Part shown: piece by piece, positions 29,337 through 38,875 of the stretch
Layout: every line of letters begins with the position of its first letter
Position numbering within the stretch: position 1 is the first letter of the stretch
DNA from: Bacteroidales bacterium UBA3709
Lineage (GTDB): Bacteria; Bacteroidota; Bacteroidia; Bacteroidales; UBA932
NCBI GenBank assembly: GCA_002372015.1
Contig: DFIA01000092.1
Location: 15,880 to 79,879, forward strand
Length of the DNA: 64,000 nt
Direction of reading: 5' to 3'
Notes under the pieces: generated by a model
Told to the model about the DNA's origin: nothing
Seen by the model: only the letters and a program-made list of their open reading frames with translations
The model's database searches: none
Translations under genes and position numbers: made by a program

Positions 29337-32006
29337 ATGACAGAGAGAAACATGAACACCCCGCTTATGAAGCAGTATGTGCAGTTTAAGGCACAGTATC
29401 CGCAAGCCGTGCTACTTATGAGGGTTGGAGATTTTTATGAAGCGTATGGCGAAGATGCCCTGGTGGTTAGTAAAGTGCTTGGCATAGTTCTCACTAAACG
29501 CAGCAGTATAGATCCAAATTCTATGGAGCTTTGCGGTTTTCCTCATCACTCTTTACAGAACTATCTACCCAAACTTGTGAGGGCTGGCTATAAAGTTGCG
29601 GTGTGTGATCAGTTGGAAGATCCTAAGATGGCAAAGACCATTGTAAAGCGTGGGGTTACCGAACTTGTTACTCCCGGCGTGGCATACAACGATGACATTT
29701 TAGACAGAGGAGCCAACAACTATTTAGCAGCTTTTGTTTTTGACGGACAAAAGTGTGGAGCAGCGTTTTTAGATGTTTCTACAGGAACTTTCAAAGTAGG
29801 GCAAGACAATCTAGACTTTATAGATGTTTTGCTGAACGATTTTTCTCCAAAAGAGATACTTCTGTGCAAGGGTTATGAAGGGGGATTTCGCAAACAGTTT
29901 GGAGATGGTTGGTATATAACCCCAATGGACGAGTGGGCCTTTGTAGAAGATGCCTGTTTAGACAAGTTAGATAAACAGTTTGGAGCAAAAGCCTTAAAAG
30001 GGTTTGGGATAACAACAATGAATCTGGCCAAAATTGCAGCAGGAGCCATTCTGTTTTATCTCGAACAAAATCGTGTAGCAGATCTTGCAAGTTTTGACGC
30101 TGTAACAATAAAAGGCCAAAGCGGCACATTTCATATAAATTCCATATCCAGAATAGATAAGGGTAACTTTGTCTGGCTCGATAGGTTTACGGTTAAGAAT
30201 CTGGAGATATTCAACTCATTTTCCTCAGATGGAGTTTCTTTGATAGATGTTGTAGATAAGACAATTTCTCCAATGGGTGCCAGAATGTTACGCTCGTGGA
30301 TAGCGATGCCGCTGGTAGATATGGCCCAAATACAAAAAAGGTATGATGCCGTAGAATTCTTTCTAAAACATTCAGAAGTAGCTCTGTCTATCAGACAAAC
30401 CCTTGAGCAAATAGGAGATATGGAGAGGATTCTATCCAGAGCATCTGCCGGCAAAATATCTCCGAGGGAGGCGGTAATGCTTCATAGATCACTCTCTCAG
30501 ATGAAACCTGTTGCCACTCTCTTAGAGTCTGCAGAGGGTAGAGAAGCTATTATAGAAAAGATACCGTCTTCTGCAAAATTTTATAGCGATCTGAAAAAAT
30601 ATATAGCATTAGACACACGTATTTCTACAACATTAAAAGAAGATGCAGCTGCAGTTTTTGGCAAAGGAGATATTGTAGCAGATAGAGTAGATGCAGAGCT
30701 CGATCAGTTGAGAAAAATATCGCGAGATAGCCGCAACTATCTTTTACAGATGCAGCAAAGAGAAAGCGAGCGAACCGGAATACCTTCTTTGAAGGTGAGC
30801 TACAACAATGTTTTTGGGTATTATTTAGAGGTGAGAAATACCTATAAATCGTCTGTGCCTCAAGAGTGGATTCGCAAACAAACATTGGTAAATGCAGAAC
30901 GGTATATAACCCCCGAATTAAAAGAATACGAAGAAAAAATTCTTGGAGCGGAAGAAAAGATGATTGCAATAGAGCAACGTATTTTTTTAAGTTTAGTGGC
31001 TGAAATACAAGAGAATATAAAAACTATTCAGGGGTGTTGCAGATTTATATCGGAGGTAGATTGTTTTTGCGGATTTGCAAAACTGGCTTCTGAAAACAAC
31101 TATTGCCGTCCAACCATAAACGAATCTACAGCCATAAATATAGAACAGGGCCGGCACCCCGTACTTGAAACTCGTATGGCTCCAGGGCAAGAATATGTGG
31201 CAAATAATGTTGTTCTAAATAATGAAACGCAGCAAATAATAATACTCACCGGCCCTAATATGAGCGGAAAGTCGGCATTGCTAAGACAAACTGCGCTTAT
31301 TGTTCTTTTGGCTCAATGCGGAAGTTTTGTTCCGGCAAAGAGAGCGGAGATAGGAATTGTAGATAAGATCTTTACAAGAGTTGGGGCTTCGGACAATATT
31401 TCTCAGGGAGAATCTACCTTTATGGTAGAAATGTTAGAAACATCTGCTATTCTCCATAATATCACAAACCGAAGCTTGGTTTTGCTCGATGAGATAGGAC
31501 GAGGCACATCAACATTCGATGGAATGAGTATAGCATGGGCTATAGTGGAGTATTTGCATGAGAATAAAAAGCGAAACCCTAAAACTATTTTTGCAACTCA
31601 TTATCACGAACTTAACGAATTAGAAAACCTCTATGCAAGGGTTAAGAACTTTCATATAGAGGTAAAGGAAGCCGGCAAGGAAATCATATTTCTAAGAATA
31701 CTCAAACCGGGAGGTGTTGCACATAGCTTTGGAATTCATGTAGCTCGTTTAGCCGGTATGCCGGAAGAACTTTTATTGTCTGCAGAGAGAATGCTTTCTT
31801 CTTTAGAAAAGCAAGAGAAAAACAAAACAAAGAACTCTGTGGAAACAGAGAACAAAGCAGACTCTATGCAACTGTCTTTCTTTCAATTAGACGATCCAAC
31901 CCTTTCGGCCATCAAAACAAAATTAGAAGAATCGGATATTAATAATATTACCCCACTGCAAGCTTTTGATTTGCTGCGTAGTCTTAAAAGCGAATTAGGT
32001 TTGTAA
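29337..32006 (+). CDS. mutS: DNA mismatch repair protein MutS
   Basis: N-terminal TPLMKQY...RVGDFYE, Walker A GPNMSGKS, and LLDEIGRGTSTFDG. Start moved from 29280 to ATG 29337. Confidence 0.93.
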   Translation: MTERNMNTPLMKQYVQFKAQYPQAVLLMRVGDFYEAYGEDALVVSKVLGIVLTKRSSIDPNSMELCGFPHHSLQNYLPKLVRAGYKVAVCDQLEDPKMAKTIVKRGVTELVTPGVAYNDDILDRGANNYLAAFVFDGQKCGAAFLDVSTGTFKVGQDNLDFIDVLLNDFSPKEILLCKGYEGGFRKQFGDGWYITPMDEWAFVEDACLDKLDKQFGAKALKGFGITTMNLAKIAAGAILFYLEQNRVADLASFDAVTIKGQSGTFHINSISRIDKGNFVWLDRFTVKNLEIFNSFSSDGVSLIDVVDKTISPMGARMLRSWIAMPLVDMAQIQKRYDAVEFFLKHSEVALSIRQTLEQIGDMERILSRASAGKISPREAVMLHRSLSQMKPVATLLESAEGREAIIEKIPSSAKFYSDLKKYIALDTRISTTLKEDAAAVFGKGDIVADRVDAELDQLRKISRDSRNYLLQMQQRESERTGIPSLKVSYNNVFGYYLEVRNTYKSSVPQEWIRKQTLVNAERYITPELKEYEEKILGAEEKMIAIEQRIFLSLVAEIQENIKTIQGCCRFISEVDCFCGFAKLASENNYCRPTINESTAINIEQGRHPVLETRMAPGQEYVANNVVLNNETQQIIILTGPNMSGKSALLRQTALIVLLAQCGSFVPAKRAEIGIVDKIFTRVGASDNISQGESTFMVEMLETSAILHNITNRSLVLLDEIGRGTSTFDGMSIAWAIVEYLHENKKRNPKTIFATHYHELNELENLYARVKNFHIEVKEAGKEIIFLRILKPGGVAHSFGIHVARLAGMPEELLLSAERMLSSLEKQEKNKTKNSVETENKADSMQLSFFQLDDPTLSAIKTKLEESDINNITPLQAFDLLRSLKSELGL

Positions 32007-32016
32007 TTTACAGCCG

Positions 32017-33336
32017 TTATTTTGTATTTATAGCATCAACAGGATTTAGGTTTGCAGCCCTCCATGCAGGAAGAATACCGCTTAAAATACCAATTACAGA
32101 GGCTATTGCCACACCGGCGATAATGTTTTCCAGAGTTAGATGAACATCATATTCTGCAGGTATTGGAACCATCCAAAGAATTAAGGCAATTAGCAAAATT
32201 CCCACTAAAGCCCCGGCAACAGCCAAAATCAAGGCCTCTACAAGGAACTGTGTCATAATGAAGTATTTTTTTGCCCCAAGAGCCTTTTGAATACCAATGA
32301 TTTTAGTTCTTTCTCTAACAGAAACAAACATTATGTTAGCTATTCCAAACCCTCCTATCAGAAGCGAAAAGGTTGCTATTATCCAACCTACGTTTCTAAT
32401 AACTCTCAACAAACTCTCCAAAATATCTCCCAGGGTAGAAAGAGGATTGATAGAAAAATTATTCTTTTGTTCTGGGCGAATGCGCCTACATTGTCTCATA
32501 AGTTGAGTAAGCTCTCTTTTAAAGGTTTCCTGATCAATGCCTGCTTTTGGTATGACATTAAGTTCTCCACCGGGTTCTCTGAGATAAAAGATGCTCTTTC
32601 CTGCAGCATAAGTAATAAAGGCCGTATTGTCTGTTTCTATAAAGCTTACAATACTCTCCCCTTGTTTTTCCGCAACACCTACAACAATAAAGGAAAATCC
32701 CTTTATCTTTATAGATTTTCCAATAGGATCTTCTCCTGCAAACAAAGATTCTGCCAAATCGTGCCCAAGAATAACAACAAAGGTTCCGTTTTCAAATTCA
32801 GATTTTGTTATCATCCTTCCAAGCCCAATGTCTATCTTGAGAATATGAGAAAGCCCATTTGTACTGCATAATATATCAACATCCGAAGCTGTATTTCTAC
32901 CATATTTAACAGCACTTGTGCCCCCCCCATAAGAAAACACAACTTCTTCTGCAAGTTTAGAGTTGGCTTTCAAATATTTGTAGTCGTTTATGGTAATAGG
33001 AGGGCGCTTCATATACTCCCACCATCTGTATTCCATCATTCCTCCTTGCATATCCAAAACAACATTTCCGTCTTCATCTTCCGGAGCCATAGGCCACGAA
33101 GAAATCTGTATCATATTGCTGGACATAGATTCAAAGCCCTTCTTAACATTAGACTTTAGGGCATCTACAGCTGTAAAGATGGCAACTATCGTAAAGATAC
33201 CTATACTTACACCAAGCAAAGACAAAAATGTTCTGAACTTATTGTTTTTTAACTCGTTCAAAGTAAAAGCCACACCCTCCTTCAGCTGTATCAGTATGGT
33301 TCTTCCTTTCTTAATCAAGCTCTTCTTTCCTTTCAT
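32017..33336 (-). CDS. ABC transporter permease, FtsX/MacB-like
   Basis: 439 aa. N-terminal TM (NKFRTFLSLLGVSIG), a large periplasmic domain, and a C-terminal 3-TM FtsX domain (IGIQKALGAKK). Confidence 0.8.
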   Translation of the reverse strand: MKGKKSLIKKGRTILIQLKEGVAFTLNELKNNKFRTFLSLLGVSIGIFTIVAIFTAVDALKSNVKKGFESMSSNMIQISSWPMAPEDEDGNVVLDMQGGMMEYRWWEYMKRPPITINDYKYLKANSKLAEEVVFSYGGGTSAVKYGRNTASDVDILCSTNGLSHILKIDIGLGRMITKSEFENGTFVVILGHDLAESLFAGEDPIGKSIKIKGFSFIVVGVAEKQGESIVSFIETDNTAFITYAAGKSIFYLREPGGELNVIPKAGIDQETFKRELTQLMRQCRRIRPEQKNNFSINPLSTLGDILESLLRVIRNVGWIIATFSLLIGGFGIANIMFVSVRERTKIIGIQKALGAKKYFIMTQFLVEALILAVAGALVGILLIALILWMVPIPAEYDVHLTLENIIAGVAIASVIGILSGILPAWRAANLNPVDAINTK

Positions 33337-34243
33337 GCTGTTTGTATTTTTCTACCGTTAAAGTAAGATGTATAAAATCTTCAACATCAAGCTGCTCCGG
33401 CCTCATGTTTAATAATTGCGCTGCCTTCTTGTCTACTTCCATAATTTTTGGAGAAACTATCTGGCGAATAGAGTTGCGCAGGGTTTTTCTTCTCTGTCCG
33501 AAAGTTGTTTTAATTATGTCTTTATAAAGCTGTTCGTTACAACTCAAAGATTGGCGCATGTTTCTCCAAAGCCTTATCACCCCACTTTTTACCTTTGGCT
33601 TAGGTACAAACACGTTTTCATCTACGGTAAACAAGTATTCTATATCGTACCAAGTTTGTAGCAACACGGAAAGTATGCCATAATCTCTGCTCCCGGGCTT
33701 ACTGGCAAGTCTTTGTGCCACTTCTTTTTGGAGCATACATACAACCTGTGTAATGCGCTCTGTTTCTTCTAATATCTTGAAAAAAATCTGCGATGAAATA
33801 TTATATGGAAAGTTACCGATGATATAAACCTCATTTCCGTTGGTTCCAGATTTGATGCCGTTCTCGTTTACGGCAGGGAAGACTTCTTGTAAAGATGTTT
33901 GCAAGAAATCTCTTGGCTGTAAGGTGTACAGAAACTGAGGAAAACGAGCTCTCAGCTTGTCTATAGACTCAGTGTCTATTTCGCATAGCTGCAAATTTAT
34001 GCGCTTATCCATGAGAAGATATTGGGTTAAAACCCCGGTTCCCGGACCAATTTCCAAAACATTTACTCCACCTTCAATAGTTGGAGCATTGTCTAATCCG
34101 GTGGCAGGAATCAGCAGAGAATCTACAATCTCTATGGCGGTATCCTCATCGCTGAGGAAGTGCTGCCCTAAAGCCTTCTTTGCCCTTACACCATCGTATT
34201 TAGGGGCGCATATATTTTTTTTGCGAGAGACAAATCTTCCCAT
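33311..34243 (-). CDS. rsmA: 16S rRNA (adenine1518/1519-N6)-dimethyltransferase
   Basis: 310 aa. KALGQHFL, SAM motif LEIGPGTG, GNFPYNISS, and FGQRRKTL. Confidence 0.88.
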   Translation of the reverse strand: MGRFVSRKKNICAPKYDGVRAKKALGQHFLSDEDTAIEIVDSLLIPATGLDNAPTIEGGVNVLEIGPGTGVLTQYLLMDKRINLQLCEIDTESIDKLRARFPQFLYTLQPRDFLQTSLQEVFPAVNENGIKSGTNGNEVYIIGNFPYNISSQIFFKILEETERITQVVCMLQKEVAQRLASKPGSRDYGILSVLLQTWYDIEYLFTVDENVFVPKPKVKSGVIRLWRNMRQSLSCNEQLYKDIIKTTFGQRRKTLRNSIRQIVSPKIMEVDKKAAQLLNMRPEQLDVEDFIHLTLTVEKYKQHERKEELD

Positions 34244-34250
34244 AGTTGTG

Positions 34251-34258
34251 CAAAAATA
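34251..34258 (-). promoter_or_regulatory. Candidate -7 promoter box for rsmA (TATTTTTG on minus strand)
   Basis: Plus strand reads CAAAAATA, 7 nt upstream of the start at 34243. Confidence 0.4.
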
Positions 34259-34342
34259 TAATAATCTGCTCTAATACCGCATTGCCAAATACTCAAATGC
34301 GTGCTTGCCTCAGGCTTTTTAGCATACTTTATGGATATTAGT

Positions 34343-34384
34343 GCCGCTAACCACGCTCTTGCTGCGGAAGCGTGGCTATTAGCA
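34343..34384. repeat. Solitary copy of the GC-rich hairpin repeat
   Basis: Perfect 7-bp stem CCACGCT (34351-57) / AGCGTGG (34369-75) with an 11-nt loop, followed by CTATTAGCA as in the array units. Confidence 0.7.
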
Positions 34385-34474
34385 AAAATGCGGATAGTGA
34401 TGCAAATTCAATTAGTAAATGCAACTTTTTGAAAAACGTAAAGAGTGTTGCTTTTTTGGCCTTTTTTGCCGCCA

Positions 34475-34645
34475 GCCACATTCTGACTGTGTAAGCGTGG
34501 CTATTAGCACACAGTTCGGGACGTTAGGCACGCTCTGACCGTGCAAGCGTGGCTATCGGCACACAGCTTGGGACGTTAGGCACGCTCTGACCGTGTAAAC
34601 GTGGCTATTGGCACACAGATTGGGACGTTAGGCACGCATTTGCTG
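34475..34645. repeat. Tandem array of 52-53-bp GC-rich hairpin repeats (3 full units plus a partial fourth)
   Basis: Units begin at 34475, 34528, 34580 and 34632. Consensus GCACGCTCTGACCGTGYAARCGTGGCTATYGGCACACAGMTTGGGACGTTAG. Units 2 and 3 differ at 4 of 52 positions. Each unit carries a CACGCT...AGCGTG inverted repeat. Confidence 0.85.
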
Positions 34646-34653
34646 TTCAAAGT

Positions 34654-35793
34654 TTAGAATATTTCTCCGCCCCATAGCATTTTCAGGAAATCAAGCACAT
34701 AAACCAATTCTATATCGCCAGCTTTTCTGGTAATAGGATCTAAAGACACTAAAATCATCCTGCAATCTGGATGCTCCTCTTTAAAGGCTTTTAATCCGGC
34801 CTTATGTTTGTTTTTCACTTGCTCTGAAGACTTGATTTCTATACCTACCATAGCATCTCCAATGACAGCATCCACCTCTTTCTTGTCATAAGTGTGCCAA
34901 TAGGAAAGAATTTCACGTTTGTCATTATATCCTTTGTAGGCAATGATTTCTTGCATCACCAAGTGTTCAAAAGCGTGTCCGTAGTCGTCTGTGCCGCGCT
35001 TGAGAAAGTGCCGGCCCATCAAGTAATTGACAATGCCAACATCAAAGTAATAGAATTTTGGGGCCTGGATTATTTTTCTCTTGACTTCTTTCCTGTAGGC
35101 AGGAATCTCATAGCCTATAAGTGTATCATATAAAACCTGGAAGTAAGATTTTACGGTTTTGGCAGATACACCACAGTCTGCTGCTATATTGGAATAGTTC
35201 AGCATTTCCCCGTCGGAGATTGCGGCTACTTCCATAAACCGTTCAAAAGCATCCAAATCTCTGATATCTCCTTCTTCCCTGATTTCTTCATCCAAGTAAA
35301 CTTTCACATAGCTGGAAAGACGTTTGGTGGCATTTTCTACCATATAGTGGCGAGGTAACATTCCGTTCTGTACGGCCTTGTCTATCTGAAAATCTGTAAC
35401 TTCCGGCCAAACCAGTGGAAAAAGAGTTTCTGGTATGGCACGGCCTCCCAGCGTGTTTGCGCCGGAACGCTTTAGTTTTCTTGAGCTAGACCCACTGAGG
35501 ATGAAGAATAACCCTTTTTCTACCATAAGGGAGTGGACTACATCCAGTAAATCTGGCACTTTCTGGATTTCATCAATAACAACAACAGTGCCGGCCGGCT
35601 TATTCTGAAGAGCCTCCCACAGAGCATTTGGATTTAATTTGAAAGACCGCCTGACATCTGGCTTTAGCAAATCATAGTAAATAGCTCCTTTAAACCTCTC
35701 TTTCAACAGAGTAGATTTTCCTGTTTGGCGTGCGCCAAACAGAAACATTCCTTCATCCAGCTTGTTTTCAATATCAAAAATCCTTTTATACAT
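34654..35793 (-). CDS. Stand-alone AAA+ ATPase with C-terminal DUF4143-type PD-(D/E)xK-like domain
   Basis: 379 aa. Walker A GARQTGKST, Walker B VVVIDEIQ, and a C-terminal E...EVDAVIG...VGIEIKSS pattern resembling a D-x(n)-E-x-K nuclease motif. Confidence 0.8.
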   Translation of the reverse strand: MYKRIFDIENKLDEGMFLFGARQTGKSTLLKERFKGAIYYDLLKPDVRRSFKLNPNALWEALQNKPAGTVVVIDEIQKVPDLLDVVHSLMVEKGLFFILSGSSSRKLKRSGANTLGGRAIPETLFPLVWPEVTDFQIDKAVQNGMLPRHYMVENATKRLSSYVKVYLDEEIREEGDIRDLDAFERFMEVAAISDGEMLNYSNIAADCGVSAKTVKSYFQVLYDTLIGYEIPAYRKEVKRKIIQAPKFYYFDVGIVNYLMGRHFLKRGTDDYGHAFEHLVMQEIIAYKGYNDKREILSYWHTYDKKEVDAVIGDAMVGIEIKSSEQVKNKHKAGLKAFKEEHPDCRMILVSLDPITRKAGDIELVYVLDFLKMLWGGEIF

Positions 35794-35854
35794 AAGACGC
35801 TTGATTTATTTGTATGTATTCCCTGATTTTATGTAAAAATCGGGAGTTTGGTTA

Positions 35855-35862
35855 CAAATTTA
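35855..35862 (-). promoter_or_regulatory. Candidate -7 promoter box for the AAA+ gene (TAAATTTG on minus strand)
   Basis: Plus strand reads CAAATTTA, 61 nt upstream of the start at 35793. Confidence 0.3.
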
Positions 35863-36067
35863 TCAATAATTTCTGAACAACAAAACTCATTTAACCTATC
35901 AATGTTTTGCGCCATGGCCTGATTTTCCAAAAAGCAGTGAACTTTTTCGGAATCTTGGTAATGTTTAGAATGTTTTTGTTTCTTTTCTTGGTTTTGAATA
36001 ACTTTGGGGCTGCCTGATAGGATATTTTTCCGCAAAGACGGCATTTTTTTGTTAAACAAATGTAAAT

Positions 36068-37837
36068 ATGTACAGAACAAATACATGTGGAGAACTTCGC
36101 ATAGGCGATGTTGGAAAAAAAGTAACTCTTGCCGGCTGGGTACAGAGAATAAGAAAGATGGGTAGCCTGAACTTTGTAGATTTAAGAGACCGCTACGGAA
36201 TCACTCAACTTGTGGCAGAAGATAATGCAGATGCCAAAGTTTTGGAAGTTATTAGAAGTTTGGGAAGAGAGTTTGTGGTTCAGACAGAGGGTGTTGTATG
36301 TGAAAGGCAAAGCAAAAACCCAAAAATGCCTACTGGCGATATAGAAATAAAGATTGAAAAGATAATCATACTGAATGTAGCCGAAACTCCTCCTTTTACA
36401 ATAGAAGATCAGACAGATGGAGGAGAAGACATTCGGGGGAAATATCGCTACATAGATTTACGAAGAAATCCGCTCCAAAAGGCTTTAGCTTTGCGCCATA
36501 GAATGGCGATAGAAACCAGAAAATATTTAGACAGCCAAAACTTTATGGAGATAGAAACCCCGTTCCTTATAAAATCTACTCCTGAAGGGGCGCGGGATTT
36601 TGTGGTTCCCTCCAGAATGAATCCGGGCGAATTTTATGCACTTCCACAGAGCCCTCAAACGTTCAAACAGTTGTTGATGGTTGCCGGTTACGACCGCTAT
36701 TTTCAGATAGTAAGGTGTTTTAGAGACGAGGATTTAAGAGCCGATCGTCAGCCGGAATTTACACAGATAGACTGTGAGATGTCTTTTGTTGAAAGAGAAG
36801 ATGTTTTGCAGATGTTTGAAGGGTTGGTAAAACATTTGTTCAAAAGCGTATTAAAGAAAGACTTTGTAGAACCTTTTGAAAGAATGACTTACGACGAGGC
36901 GATGGAATATTATGGAAGCGATAAGCCAGATCTGAGGTTTGGAATGCAAATGCACGATATAACTTCTTGTGTGCAGGGGAATGGCTTTTCGGTATTTGAC
37001 ACAGCAGAATATGTTGGTGCTATTTCCGTTCCTGGCTGTGCCGCTTATTCTCGCAAGCAAACAGACGAACTTACGGAATGGGTAAAGCGTCCGCAGATAG
37101 GAGCTAAAGGCTTAGTTTTTATCAAATACGGAGAAGAAATAAAATCTTCTATAGATAAATTCTATACTCCGGAGCAACTCGGCAAAATAGCAGAAAAATG
37201 TGATGCCGAAAAAGGCGATCTTATCCTTATACTCTGTGGCGCCAAACGTAAAACTCAAACAGCGCTTGGAACATTACGCTTAGAAATGGGAAATAGGCTC
37301 GGTTTAAGAAATCCAGAGCAGTTTAAGCCATTATGGATAACAGATTTTCCTTTGCTTGAATGGGACGAAGAAACGGCACGGTTTTATGCAATGCACCATC
37401 CGTTCACCTCTCCTAAACCGGAAGATATGGAGAAATTCTACTCGAAAGATAAAAACCAGCTTGCTGCCGTAAAGGCTAATGCCTATGATATTGTACTTAA
37501 CGGCAACGAAATAGGTGGGGGTTCTATAAGAATTTACGATAGGCAGGTTCAGGAAAGAATGTTTGAAATACTTGGTTTTACACACGAACAAGCACAATAT
37601 CGTTTTGGCTTTCTAATGAATGCGTTTAAGTATGGAGCACCTCCGCACGGAGGAATTGCCTTTGGTTTTGATAGGCTTTGTGCTTTGTTTGGCGGACAAG
37701 AAACAATCAGAGACTATATAGCTTTTCCAAAGAATAATACAGGCAGAGATATTATGGCAGATGCTCCATCTGTAATAGACAATAGCCAGATGGACGAACT
37801 CTTCCTAAAGAGCACCTTTAAGAAGGAGGAACAATAG
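36068..37837 (+). CDS. aspS: Aspartate--tRNA ligase
   Basis: 589 aa. OB-fold N-terminus, [36 protein letters not shown], and GIAFGFDRL. Confidence 0.93.
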   Translation: MYRTNTCGELRIGDVGKKVTLAGWVQRIRKMGSLNFVDLRDRYGITQLVAEDNADAKVLEVIRSLGREFVVQTEGVVCERQSKNPKMPTGDIEIKIEKIIILNVAETPPFTIEDQTDGGEDIRGKYRYIDLRRNPLQKALALRHRMAIETRKYLDSQNFMEIETPFLIKSTPEGARDFVVPSRMNPGEFYALPQSPQTFKQLLMVAGYDRYFQIVRCFRDEDLRADRQPEFTQIDCEMSFVEREDVLQMFEGLVKHLFKSVLKKDFVEPFERMTYDEAMEYYGSDKPDLRFGMQMHDITSCVQGNGFSVFDTAEYVGAISVPGCAAYSRKQTDELTEWVKRPQIGAKGLVFIKYGEEIKSSIDKFYTPEQLGKIAEKCDAEKGDLILILCGAKRKTQTALGTLRLEMGNRLGLRNPEQFKPLWITDFPLLEWDEETARFYAMHHPFTSPKPEDMEKFYSKDKNQLAAVKANAYDIVLNGNEIGGGSIRIYDRQVQERMFEILGFTHEQAQYRFGFLMNAFKYGAPPHGGIAFGFDRLCALFGGQETIRDYIAFPKNNTGRDIMADAPSVIDNSQMDELFLKSTFKKEEQ

Positions 37838-37888
37838 GCTGTTTTTGAAAAAAGTATTTGGAACAGCTGTGTTAACCGCACAGATTTT

Positions 37889-38647
37889 ATGAACAGACAA
37901 TCGGACACAACAATTCAAAAGCTCTCTCCGTTTCTTGTAGAAGGTGCTTTTGAAGTTGGCACCGATGAGGCAGGCAGAGGGCCTTTGGCTGGTCCGGTTG
38001 TAGCTGCTGCCGTTGTACTTCCTTTTTACCGAGATGGAAAAGAGATAGGAAGGGTGAAGGGAAATCCTATTTTTGAACATCCGCATCTAACAGATTCTAA
38101 GAAACTTACAGAAAAACAACGAGAAGAGTTACGGCCTCTGATAATGGAACATGCTCTTGCATGGGGAATTGCAAGGGTGGAGGCAGATGAGATAGATCGC
38201 ATAAATATTCTCAACGCATCCATTCTGGCTATGCATAAAGCTATTGCTGAGGTAGAAAGAAAGCTTGCCTCACAGCATTTGTTTTCTGACGGCGAATTAA
38301 TATCAGACAAAAAATCATATCCAGATAAAGGAGCTTTTATAGAAAGCATCATCTCAGACGGCAACAAGTTCCACGGCTACACCTCCGTTCTTACAGGCAG
38401 GAAAATAACTCACAAGACCATTGTAAAAGGCGATGGAAAATACATGTCCATAGCTGCGGCCTCTATCTTAGCAAAAACCGAGAGAGACCATATAATGGAA
38501 CTGCTTTCTGAAGAATATCCTCAGTATGGCTGGAAGAAAAACAAAGCCTATCCAACAAAAGATCATCGCGATGCAATAGCAAAGCACGGTCCCACTCCTT
38601 ATCACCGTATGAGTTTTCGTTTGCTGCCAGACCCTACACTCTTTTAG
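37889..38647 (+). CDS. rnhB: Ribonuclease HII
   Basis: 252 aa. GTDEAGRGPLAGPV, DSKKLTEKQRE, ASILAKTERD, and GYPT-like KAYPTKDH. Confidence 0.85.
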   Translation: MNRQSDTTIQKLSPFLVEGAFEVGTDEAGRGPLAGPVVAAAVVLPFYRDGKEIGRVKGNPIFEHPHLTDSKKLTEKQREELRPLIMEHALAWGIARVEADEIDRINILNASILAMHKAIAEVERKLASQHLFSDGELISDKKSYPDKGAFIESIISDGNKFHGYTSVLTGRKITHKTIVKGDGKYMSIAAASILAKTERDHIMELLSEEYPQYGWKKNKAYPTKDHRDAIAKHGPTPYHRMSFRLLPDPTLF

Positions 38648-38875
38648 AATAAATACTATTCCCCGATTTTGTTGCTCTTAACTTACTCAACAGCACTCGA
38701 AACAATATTCACAAGATTATTATTTCACAAGTTTAGGGGTTAAAAAAGCATAAAATTGCGGACTATTCTTTTCTTCGGTAATGCCCTTGTTTTCGTAAAA
38801 CCTCTTTACATGTATAATTAATTCCCTTAGTTTCATATATTTAACACAATTATAGTATAAAAAAAAGAGAATGCT

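Noticed and set aside
32287-32871. Long ORFs antisense to confident genes: 32287-32871 (194 aa), 41142-41621 (159 aa), 43693-44151 (152 aa), 26291-26980 (229 aa), 10210-10653 (147 aa), 2161-2571 (136 aa) and others in the track.
   Set aside because: Each lies entirely inside a well-supported CDS on the opposite strand. Their composition is low-complexity or biased, with no recognisable motifs. They are typical shadow ORFs.
34604-34625. Sigma-54 promoter-like sequence TGGCAC-N5-TTGG inside repeat unit 3, with weaker versions in units 1 and 2.
   Set aside because: The -12 element is GG rather than the near-invariant GC. Only one unit has the -24 TGGCAC. It would fire antisense into the 3' end of the AAA+ gene. 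Most likely coincidental.
34475-34645. Possible CRISPR array.
   Set aside because: The units are directly contiguous (period 52 bp) with no unique spacers. The copies are degenerate, and no cas genes are nearby. This is a tandem repeat, not a CRISPR.
38720-38836. A 38-codon minus-strand ORF (MKLRELIIHVKRFYENKG...) in the 228-bp convergent gap between rnhB and the Mrp-like gene.
   Set aside because: It is short, has no recognisable motif and no promoter box, and an AT-rich context readily generates such ORFs.
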